From Asterias rubens (taxonomy: Eukaryota), in NCBI RefSeq assembly GCF_902459465.1, contig NC_047075.1, positions 9,486,001 through 9,550,000 of the forward strand: 64,000 nucleotides of DNA, given 5' to 3'. The position numbers and the translations under genes are program-made. This document shows, piece by piece, positions 23,872-35,800 of this stretch. The notes under the pieces are model-generated. The model saw nothing but the letters and a program-made list of their open reading frames with translations. It was not told where the DNA came from and did not search any database. Position 1 is the stretch's first letter; each line of letters begins with the position of its first letter.

Positions 23872-26800
23872 GTAAGTTATTGTTTTGAATATCAGGTTGT
23901 CAACCACAATTGGGGAAACTGACTTCGGGTAACAGTTAAGTGATTGGGGAGAGATTAGAAACATTGAATAACAAGTTATTAACTACAATTAGGGAAACTG
24001 ACTTCCGGTAAAAATTAAGTGATTGAGGTTTAGAGTAGAACAATTTTACTATTAATCAGAAATTTCTAATTTGCGTGCCAACGCTCTACCAACCGACCCC
24101 TTTATGCGGTCTCGTTGTTCCAAATTGGATCAGATCCCTGGCTGTTCGTCTTAGACCCAATACTTGTAGATGTACATTGTTCACCGAGTCGAGTCTAAGT
24201 ACATTTTAAGTTTCACACCCAAGTTGCATAAGAAACTGTACTGTTCAACCATGGTTCAACTCAGGTGCATCGCTATATATAGTCCACTTCGTGAGCGACA
24301 CAGCCGCCCACATTTAGGGCGTGGCAACTGTCCATGTACAGCTGGCACAGCTGCAGCTGCAGCCTTTCTCCTCTCTCGGGCAGTGAGCAGGCCAGCTCTT
24401 CTCTGCTCCTCGAATATGACAAGGGCTTGACGTGTGAGAGCGCGCCTATCTGTACAATCCTGAGCACACTGTTTTGGGAGGAATACAAGCATTTGTGATT
24501 TTGTCTTTCACGCCACTATTGTACCTCTTGCGAGATGTTCCTGTAGTTCTCCTACTAAGAAATAGTTCTGCATAAAACAGTTTTTTTTGGGAGCGTGGAG
24601 TCTTTCGTTCGGATCATGTGTCCAGTCCAAGGATTGATCTCAGGCTGTGCACGTGGAGGCGTTCCAGCAAGCATTTTCAGATGTCTTCTGTACACGATCC
24701 AAGTTTCACATCTATACAGCAAACTTGTGAGGACGATTGCCTTGTACACCTTAAATTTTGTATGCGTTTTATGCTGTGTTGGTTCAGATTCCGTGCTCGC
24801 AGGCGTCCAATGGCTCGGCTTTCCTTGCAAATCATGGTCCTGATTCCTTTTTCAAGAGAGCCATCATTACACATAACACTGCCGAGATACTTGAAGCTTC
24901 CCACTGTCTTGAGCTTTGTATTAAACTTCAATCGAAATCGAAGGTGGAGGGACAGCTACCGAGGCAGATTGGTATAGCACTTCTGTATTACAAAGGATGG
25001 TGGTAAGGCACAATAGTTGCGAGGCTCCTGCTATCTTGCGCCAAATAATGCAAAGCCATCGGTAAAGAGTGGCACAGTCATGTTCTTCAAAATGAGATCC
25101 ATCAAGTACACTCCTAGCTCGAGGTCGCGTACAGCATGGTTGAGAACACTGGAGAAGAATAGGGTGAAGAGCCCAGCCGCCAATAGAGATTTGGAATGGC
25201 TGGGAATTTTCTCCCTTCGAGAGTACAATACCATTTATGTCATCATAGAAGAGGCGATTCATTTTGAAAAAAACTTTCGAGGACAACCCGGTTTTGACAG
25301 TATAGACCACAGCCCTTTGCTGGTTAGATCTATGAAGACCATAAAGAGGTCCAGGTTTTGTTAGATGCATTTTTCCTGAACCTGTCGTACTGTGAAAATC
25401 ATATCGATGGTACTACGGCCAGCACGAAAGTCACACTGAGACTCAGGTTGACTTTTCTCTGACGCAGTGCCGATGAGGCGATTGAGTATAAAACGAGCCA
25501 ATATCTTTCCAGCAATGGAGAGGGCAGAGATGCCATGGTGTTTCCCGCAGTCGCATTTGGTTTTGATTAGAGAAACAATCATCGCACCCTTGAAATCCTT
25601 GTGCACATCTGCATCCGCCCATATGCTCGTTAAAAGGCTGTGAAAGTTGCGCCACTGGACCTGCTGCATTGAATAACTCTGAAGGAACTCCTTTCATTCC
25701 AGGAGCCTCACCAGAGCTGGTCTGACTGATAGCTTTTCTAACCTCATCAAGAGTAGGAGGGGGGTCAAGGCTGTCAATTGTGGGGTTCTGAGTGATCTGA
25801 TCAAGGGCAGAACTGTCGACAGTGGAAGGTCTATTGAGCAGATTGTTAAAGTGCTCCATCCATCTCTCACTGATGCTGTTATTTATTTCTTGAGCAATGT
25901 CGTACCATCAAGCGGGGCGGATTTTGGTTTGGACGGTCCGTATAATATCTAAAAGAACTGGAGAACATGAACTCTTTGTGTCGGCATAGCACTGGACTTC
26001 ATCTGCTTTCCTATCCCACCAGGCATCTTGCATTCAGTATGTGCTCGGTTTTGGAGGTGTTGAAAACAACGACGTTTCGATGTAAAAGACATGGCATTCT
26101 GCCAAGCCGTAAATAATTTCTGCTGTTTATTCAGCATTGTCCTGATACTTTCGTCGGTTTTATCAAACCAGTGACTTGAACTGGTCACAATTAAGAAAAG
26201 TAAAGTCAATCAGGTGCCTTTGTTTAGATATTGTATGCATCAGGTTGTCTTATACTTGTCAGCTAGCCTGAAGAATGTGTTGGTAGTCGACAGGTCGTTT
26301 TCTGCACACAGGCTCAGAAGTAGAAGGTCAGTTTCACTCATTTGTCGCCCAAGGACCTGTGGACAATTTTTGAAGTCGCTGCCAACTATGACATTAATAT
26401 CGTCAGTAAGGAGAAGTTCGTCAGCAGGGGCGTTGTTTAAATTATACGACCAATGTCCCTAAAGAGCCTTTACTTCAGCGCTACTAGCCAAAGTAAGTGC
26501 ATCAGCACCTGGTGACGAGAAGTATTAAGAGAGGAAGCCAAGTGTCATGAACCTTTTAAGAAACCAACCAGTCCTTTTTAGGATTAATACCGCACTTCCA
26601 AAGAGAAATAAACCACAACCATTATACCTTGAAATACAACGGCAAATGCCCGCCATATTAAGGGGTCGTTTTAGATTTGTGTTTTAAGCCTGCTTTACAG
26701 TGGTTCGAATCTAAATAAATTCTGTTTGCCAAGAGTATTAGCAAACAAAAAAATCGTAAATTGTGGGAGTAGTAGTGGGGGGGGGGGGTTTATACAAATA

Positions 26801-29800
26801 CAGCACATAGTCTTCCACACCTTGGGACTGTCCGCTGGCCTTCTTGAAGGTCCCATGACCATTAGCGGTCTGTGCTTAAGCCAGCACCGCTCACTGCGCG
26901 TAGTTTAGCAATGAAACTCGGCTTGTGTTTGTCCGTTTGCCCGTTTGCCGTTCCCAAGGCTGTTGGAGTGCTAGAAGAGCGGAAGTTCGCTCCCAGGCAA
27001 CCCCGCTTTCGGCAACCAAGCTAGGGCTGGACACTGTTTTGATTGTATAGCAACATCTCTTTGGGATCTTCTACTGAACGTCCTATAGCCTAGGCCAAAC
27101 GATATAAAAGGGGACTTCTGGAACACTCTGTTTTTTTTTTTTTTTTTTTTTTTTTTTTGGGGGGGGGGGGTATAATCAATTGCAGCACATAGTCCAGCGG
27201 GACTTCTGGAACACTTATGTTGATTGATTAATACTGGGGCGACCGGAATATGAACTGCTGCCTCGTTTCGGGTACCGTAACTATCTCTCGAAACCTACTC
27301 TCTAGAAGATACCCACAACAAATCGAAACAAATCGTCACCGTAAAGCTCTTTGGATTTCTAGAAACTACCCGGCCCTTGTTGCTCGAACAAACAAAACAG
27401 CACAGCTCCTTTTTTTATTTCCTTAAACGCACGAACTAAAAAACACAGTTTTTGCATTTCTCGAAGCCACCATCGTTCCGCTACATTGAACTCTCTTTGG
27501 GCTGTTGCACCAGAAACGTGGCAAAAACATTGTAGGCCCTCTTTATCTTCGTATATGCGTACGAGACAATACTTCTTTGGACATATCATCTCGATTTTCT
27601 AGTTCTTGGTCGTATGCATGTTGGCTAGATAGCAAAATAAACTTCTCGAAAGGAAAACTAGTCGGTCCTCCTTGCATGTACTCGAGCTGCATCGCTTTTA
27701 GTTGCCAGCGATTATATATCTAGTTGGGAAATCGAATCTAGCTTGTGTGGAAAATAACACTTTTCCGTCGCAGAGAAGGCAGACATCCAAATATCTAGGA
27801 GCACCTAGAAGAAAGGAGGTAGAACACCAAGCCTGTGGAGTATTTCTAACAAGAGATCAAGCGCCATGGAGGTGTCGAAGCCCAGATGCCGCTTCTTTGC
27901 AAGCTAGGAGCTATTCGAACTACTCCGAGCAAAAAGAAAGATAGCGTAACTTCTATTGAATACCGGCGTACCGTGCGTAGGATACACAGCAACTCCGTGA
28001 TCGGTGCAGAGCATCCCTTATATCCTAGATACGAAACTGCTTACATATTTCCTTTCTGGCCTCCCGTATTCTCTATCTGCATTAGCTCCAGAAATATGTC
28101 CCACGATAGTTGAACGGCATATCGGCCCACCCTTCGTCGTACTCGTAGGCTTCCAGGCACGTAGGCACCCAGGTGCAGACGTGGTTCCTTACCGAGCCAG
28201 TGTTGTCGAGGATGGTGGAAAGTTGCTTCTACTGCCATTGCTGCGACTCTCTTTCTCTAGTAGCAGTGTTGTGTGTTCCACCGAAATTGCCTACGACATA
28301 GCGTTGCTAGCGGCCACCCCAGTGGTTTCAGCTAGGGATATTCGATAGCGGCTACAAGACGTACTATAGTGTTCGAGCAACTAGGAATGCCCCATTCTTC
28401 GCTTCCCTACCCGGTTCCTAGCTCCTAGCTACTATTTGGGGCTGGCTCGTAGCGGCTATACTATACAGCTTTTTCGCTTCCCTGCCCAAACTCCATTCCT
28501 AGCTTCTATTTGCTCTTCCAGCTGCTATTTGCTCTTCCAGCTGCTATTTTTTGACTGCTGCCCGTTCCCCAGTTCCTCGCTTCTATTTGCTCTTCCTGCT
28601 ACTATTTTGGGCTCCAACACCCCATACATCGCTCCCCTGCCCAAACTCCGTTCTTAGCCTTTGTTCGCTCTTCTAGCTGTGTTGTTTGGGTCGGCTGTGA
28701 GATGCGTTTGAGTAACTAGGATCGCCCCATTCGAGCTGTTTTGGGTAGCTTCTAAAGTGTAGGTTTCTAGATATCCAAAATGGAACTGTGCTATTGGTTC
28801 GGCTACGAGGTGTACTGTACCGTTCGAGCAACTAGAGGTGACCCATTCGAGGTGGCTTCTAGAAATCCAAACACTGTGTTGTTTAGCTCGTGCGTTCGAG
28901 CAACTACGGGCCGGGTAGCTTCTGAGAAACTAGGATCGGTTAGCTTTTAGAAATCCAAAAAGAGCTGTGCGGCTACGAGATGTACTAAAGCGTTCGAGCA
29001 ACTAGGGGTGCCCCATTCGAGTTGTTTTGAGTAGCTTCTAGAGGGTAGGTTTCGAAAGATAGTTTTGGCAGCCGAAACGAGGCAGCACTTACTTTTTCGG
29101 TCGCCCCAATGAAGCGCAGATAATGGTCCTGGGACCTGCAAGGAGGCAAACGGACAGCCCCAAGATGTGGAAGACAATGTGCTGTATTTGTATAATTTTT
29201 TATACCCCCCCCCCGCCAAAAAAAAAAAAAACATAAAACAAACAAAACATACAAAACCAAAAGTGTACCAGAAGTCCCCTTTCTCAATGCCTTTCTCTTA
29301 CTACTGTTGGCAATATTTTTGTGGAAAACTAAAACACGGTCACCCAGCAATAAGTAAACTTGTGTTTTTCTAGTCCATAGCATTTGGAAAGTAGAACGGG
29401 AGTCATGGGATAATAATACGATTTTAGATTAAAACATGCAAACAACCTACACAACTTGCCCCCTATGTTTGTTATTGTTGAAATTCTGTCTACGTATTCA
29501 AACATATGTGATGAAATGACAATGGAAAGTTTTATTGAGTTGTATTTGGTTATGCATGGTGGGAGTATGAGATTTACGGTGGTAGCGGCTTGTGTAAAAC
29601 TCTTACGAGTATAGTGTATGTTCTAAAAAGAACCACGTTAATGTAGGGTAATAAATAAGCATAATTATTGTACAGTTGATACAAATTTGAGTTTACTATC
29701 TCAATAAAGTTTTAGTCATTCTTCATTCTTTATTATATTATCAAAACATTGATAGTAATACCTTTTCTATCAATTGAAACACCAACCCATGACGAGCATT

Positions 29801-32800
29801 ACACTTCTGTGTCATTGGCGCTGTAAAACCTCATCTCTCACGGTATGTCAGGTTCCATCATTCAACTCAATATCCAAAAGTGAAGATTTAAACCCACACA
29901 TTCCGATGATTTTAATTTCTTCTGTTTCAGATTACTGTGGTTCATCAAACGTATTAGTTGGAACAGCTCCAGTCAATCTGACATCACCAGGCTATCCAGG
30001 AGTCTATCCTAACTCAGTAGATTGCCAGTGGGAGATCAGGGCTCCAGACTGGTTATATGTGGTGGTGTCCATACAAGATTTATACACAGAGGAGGGATAT
30101 GACTTTGTTTACATTAATGGCACCCTTCTTGATGGACACACCGCGTCAATAGAACTAAACGGAATCACACAACTAAAGTCCATTGCATTTACCTCTTTGA
30201 CGACAACTTATATCCGCTTCGCAGCTGACGATATTGTTTCAGAAAGGGGTTTTCTTCTACAACTTCAAGGCACCAATAATTGTAATACCACGGATTTCAA
30301 CAGAAACATTACAATTTATTGATCGAAATAGTTTATTGTTTGGGAATTTATCTCAGATGCAATTATTTCCAATCGTCAATTAAACACTTCTTAAAAAAAC
30401 AATAATTCGACATGCCTTTCGAGAATGACTTGAGCTGCTTCAAACAAACCTAAAAAACCTTGGAGGAAGATTTAAACCCAAGATTTAATGACTTACGTTC
30501 CCGAATGAACGTACAAGGAAGGACAACAATTAAATTTGTGGTCAACAAGGAAAAATAATTTTCGCCTCCAATATTGAAACACTTTATCGCCGCCGTTTCC
30601 ACAAAATTATGACTGTGTTATAACAAACAAATAATTATGTGTGTGGAGTTTAATTGTTTCTTTTTTGAAACTGCTGTTTCGGAGATGAACAATTATTTGT
30701 TAAAGAAATTATTACCCTTTTAATGAGCTAAAGCATTTTTTTCAACCGTTGTCTGAATGGTAAAAAAGGGGAAAAGAGACGTGCCTGCGCTTTACAGTTT
30801 GTCAAGCAAAGCATTTTACTATAACTTAAAGAATTTATCACCTCGTTAAATAAAGTCACACCTGTATTTGTTCATAGCTGGGTACTAATGTATAAACCAA
30901 CTACTGAAAATCAAATAATTAATCGGTCACGCGCACTAGTGTATTAACGATACTATGGAGCGTTACGTCCCGTTTCCATCAAAGAAACTGTAAACAAATA
31001 GATTAACATATTTTGATTTTGTTTGTTAGACGACGTTGTCGTTTCGTGAAATGGTGACGACATTTCACATTATGGTCTCTGTAATAGCTACAATTTCCTA
31101 CCACTTGTTCGACGAAGTTGTCATTTCGTGAGATGGTGACGACATTTCACATTTTGGTCTTTGTATAAATAGATACAAGTTCCTGCCACTTGGAGGATGA
31201 TCTCGACTGTAGGAATGGGATATGCGTCGCTGCACAAGCAAGGTGTGACGGTAATCTTGACTGCCGATTCGGTCCAGAAGACTATTCATATGTGGATGAA
31301 GAGGATTGTGGTGAGGACCATAGCATTAATGTTGGTGTTATTGTCGCCCTTGTAGCTGTAATTGTTGTTTTTGCTGTTGGTGTTGGTTTCGGTTATGATA
31401 TCGTTGTAGTTTTTGTTAACCTTATTGTCGTTGTCGTTGCCCTGTCGTTGGCGTCGCCGTTTGATTTGTCTTTTTGATTTGGGCCGTTAATACCTCTAAA
31501 TGATGGTTTTCCAATTCATATTTGCAACATGCAGTCAGGGTGAGTACACATCCGCATCTGGTTTGAAATGCCTGGAGAATTATACGAAGGTTCGCTATGT
31601 GGTTAAGGTTTTTCCTTATGGCGAAAATGATGAAATTTACTAGTCAAAAATTGTAGAAAGCCCAACAGCCGAATGAAGATCGAAGACAAGAAAAAAGACG
31701 CGCACGGCCTCCAAGAAACAAAGCCTCCGAAAGACTCGAAAAAAGTAGTTGACATGCCCGAAGGTGAGTAAAACTGCTCTTTCTTTGCTACAACCACGTA
31801 CCGAGGTGTGGATAGAACGATTCTATTTCTGGTAGATCCGAATGCAGGAGAAGAGCAACCGGTCCAGGAATATTTCCTCCAGCGAGAAGTCGAGCGAGAC
31901 TGTAAGAGCTTTGCAAGCTAGCAACTCATCTCCTCTGCAAACTAGGAGGTGCTCGAACAACTCCGCGAAAGAGGAAAGATATGCTTTTTTATCGGGGTAC
32001 CGTAAACATGGCGAAACACCATTGACTATTGTAGAGAAAGGTATAGAACCTAGCTCCTGCACAGAATAGGACGAGCGCTTCCTCCCCTAGAACACAGAAA
32101 GCCACGGCCTCATTACAAAACTACCAGGCAAGACCCCCATCGTTCCGCTACATTGCACTCTCTTCGGGCGGTTGCACCAGAAACGTTGCAAAATATAGCC
32201 TAGGCCAAACGATATAAAAGGGGACTCTGTTTTTTTTTTTTTTTTTTTTTTTGGGGGGGGGGTATAATCAAATGCAGCAGATAGTCCTCCGGGACTTCTG
32301 GAACACTTATGTTGATTGATTAATACTGGGGCGACCGGAAAATGAACTGTTGCATCGTTTCGGCTACCGTAACTATCTCTCGAAACCTACTCTCTAGAAG
32401 ATACCCAAAACAACTCGAATTATGGCACCCTAGTAGCTCGAACGCTATAGTAAATCTCGTCACCGTAAAGCTCTTTTTGGATTTCTAGAAGCTACCCGGC
32501 CTTTGTTGCTCGAACAAACCAAACAGCACATCTCCTTTTTTTATTTGCTCAAACGCACGAACTAAAAAACACAGTTTTTGGATTTCTCGAAGCCACCATC
32601 GTTCCGCTACATTGAACTCTCTTTGGGCTGTTGCACCAGAAACGTGGCAAAAACATTGTAGGCCCTCTTTATCTTTGTATATGCGTACGAGACAATACTT
32701 CTTTGGACATATCATCTCGATTTTCTAGTTCTTGGTCGTATGCGTTTTGGCTAGATAGCAAAACAAACTTCTCGAAAGGAAAACTAGGCGGTCCTCCTTG

Positions 32801-35800
32801 CATGTACTCGAGCTGCATCGCTTTTAGTTGCCAGCGATTATATATCTAGTTGGGAAATCGAATCTAGCTTGTGTGGAAAAATAACACTTTTCCGTCGCAG
32901 ATAAGGCAGACATCCAAATATCTAGGAGCACCTAGAAGAAAGGAGGTAGAACACCAAGCCTGTGGAGTATTTCTAACAACAAGAGATCGAGCGCCATGGA
33001 GGTGTCGAAGCTCTCCAGAAAGCTCAGATGCCGCTTCTTTGCAAGCTAGGAGCTATTCGAACTACTCCGAGCAAAAAGAAAGATAGGGTAGCTTCTATTG
33101 AATACCGGCGTACCGTGCATAGGATAGACAGCAACTCCGTGATCGGTGCAGAGCACCCCTCTTCCTAGATACGAAACTGCTAGCATATTTCCTTTCTGGC
33201 CTCCCGTATTCTCTATCTGCATTAGCTCCAGAAATATGTCCCACGATAGTTGAACGGCATATCGGCCCACCATTCGTCGTACTCGTAGGCTTCCAGGCAC
33301 GTAGGCACCCAGGTGCAGACGTGGTTCCTTACCGAGCCAGTGTTGTCGAGGATGGTGGAAAGTTGCTTCTACTGCCAATGCTGCGACTCTCTTTCTCTAG
33401 TAGCAGTGTTGTGTGTTCCACCGAAATTTCCTTGGGCATAGCGTTGCTAGCGGCCATCCCAGTGGTTGCAGCTAGGGATATTCGATAGCGGCTACAAGAC
33501 GTACTATAGTGTTCGAGCAACTAGGAAAGCCCCATTCTTCGCTTCCCTACCCGGTTCCTAGCTTCTAGCTACTATTTGGGGCTGGCTATACAGCTTTTTC
33601 GCTTCCCTGCCCAAACTCCATTTCTAGCTTCTATTTGCTCTTCCAGCTGCTATGTTTTGGCTGCCTCGTTGCGGCTATAGCTGCTCCCCGTTCCCCTGTC
33701 CCTAGCTTCTGTTTGCTCTTACGGCAACTATTTTGGGCTCCAACACCCCATTATTGGCTTCCCTGTCCAACCCATTCCTAGCCTTTATTCGCTCTTCTAG
33801 CTGCTATGTATGACTACCTCGTTGCGGCTAAAGCTGCTGCCCGTTCCCCATTTCCTCGCTTCTATTTGATCTTCCTGCTACTATTTTGGGCTCCAACACC
33901 CCATTCATCGCTCCCCTGCCCAAACTCCGTTCTTAGCCTTTGTTCGCTATTCTAGCTGTGTTGTTTGGTTCGGCTATGAGATGCGTTCGAGTAACTAGGA
34001 TCGCCCCATTCGAGCTGTTTTGGGTAGCTTCTAAAGTGTAGGTTTCTAGATATCCAAAATGGAACTGTGCTGTTGGTTCGGCTACGAGGTGTACTGTACC
34101 GTTCGAGCAACTAGAGGTGACCCATTCGAGGTGGCTTCTAGAAATCCAAACACTGTGTTGTTTAGTTTTGTGCGTTCGAGCAACTAGGGGCCGGGTAGCT
34201 TCTGAAAAAGGGGCTGTTTGGTTCGGTCGAGAAATTAGAGTCGGTTAGCTTTTAGAAATCCAAAAAGAGCTGTGCGGCTACGAGATGTACTATAGCGTTC
34301 GAGCAACCGGGGGTGCCCCATTCGAGTTGTTTTGAGTAGCTTCTAGAGGGTAGGTTTCGAAAGATAGTTTTGGCAGCCGAAACGAGGTAGCACTTACTTT
34401 TTCGGTCGCCCAAGTGAAGCGCAGATAATGGTCCTGGGACCTGCAAGGAGGCAAACGGATAGCCCCAAGATGTGGAAGACAATGTGCTGTATTTGTATAG
34501 TTTGTTATACCCCCCCCCCCCCCGCCAAAAAAAAAAAAAAAAAAGAAAACAACGAAAAAAAAAAAATAATAAAAAAAAATAAATAAACAAGAGCTAAATT
34601 GCATTTGTGCACAAATGCAGAGCTGTTTCGTCATTAAAATTTTCAAATTTCTCAACTGAGTTATAATTTTGTTAGGTATTCAAAGCAATTTGCCCAATGT
34701 GGCATAAATAAAAAAAAATGTGTGAAAGGTGCAAAAATTGAAAAAATCTTAAAAAATCACGTGATGACGTCATCATGACGTCATGTCAGATTTCAAAAGA
34801 ACTTGTCAATATCCAACATGATCGCATAATCACTTAGGGAGTTATATTAGTTCAAAAAGTGCACCTTTAAGGCCGCGTCACGTGACCCCGATGACGTCAT
34901 TGATCTGAAACTTCACAAATATGATGCCTGCCTGTCAGTTAACAGGTGTGTAAAATTTGAAGTGATTACAAAAAATTGCACTACAGACATCTTCAAAATG
35001 TCAATTTTGAAGAGTTTTCAACCTGCCACTAGAGGGCGCTGTTGCAATTTGTGACGTCATCAACATTTTTGTTGAACTGCCCACCCTTGCTAGACACTTA
35101 CGTCCTTAGAAAGCAACTTCATAATTTTTACCACTTTTGAGTTACAAGGCACTTCCGTTTTTGGCCCATTACGACCGGAAATAGAGGTCATGTGAGGTCA
35201 CGCACACAAAATAAAATAAAGACCTAATTTATCCCTACCCAATCCCGCAAACAGAATCCTAGGGTCTCTTTTCGCTGATTTGATATAAATTTTAAAACAT
35301 TTAACATAAAACACCTTTAAAATGACGTCACGTGACCGCTGATGACGTCATCATGACATCCTTGCTGTAGGATCATCATTGCACCATAACCTTCGATCCC
35401 TTGCAATTCCTCTTTAGGAACTATGCAAAAAATTGTGTGTACTGAAACAGACAAATTAAAAAAACTTTAACAAAAACAAGAGCTGTTTCGCTGCGCTTCG
35501 CTACGAAACAGCTAAACAAACTTTAACAAAAACAAGAGCTGTTTCGCTGCGCTTCGCTACGAAACAGCTAAACAAACTTTAACAAAAACAAGAGCTGTTT
35601 CGCTGCGCTTCGCTACGAAACAGCCAAAAAAAACTTTAACAAGAGCTGTTTCGCTGCGCTTCGCTACGAAACAGCTAAAAAAATAAACACACATAACATA
35701 AAAAAACAAAAGGGTACCAGAAGTCCCCTTTCTCAATGCCTTTCTCTTAATACTACTGTTGGCAATATTTTTGTGGAAAACTATAATACGATTCACCCAG

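Larger units (their letters stand above)
32195..35757. mobile_element. Deleted Polinton-like element, copy 2 (interrupted by a Helentron-like insert)
   Basis: Colinear with 27085-29305; ends TACTACT at 35757; related CTAG-rich sequence extends left to about 31652. Confidence 0.5.

Noticed and set aside
26636-26664. ATGGCG...AG|gtataa as the missing first exon of the oxygenase
   Set aside because: It is phase 2 whereas the next exon needs phase 0, and it lies inside the GPCR intron.
27400-28260. Alternative genetic code (TAR = Gln) ORF of ciliate or viral origin
   Set aside because: The two copies disagree in frame, GC content is moderate, and TAG excess follows from overall composition; mutation bias is the simpler explanation.
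35465-35676. Palindromic direct repeats resembling a CRISPR array
   Set aside because: There are no unique spacers, the units are contiguous, no cas genes are present, and the context is eukaryotic.
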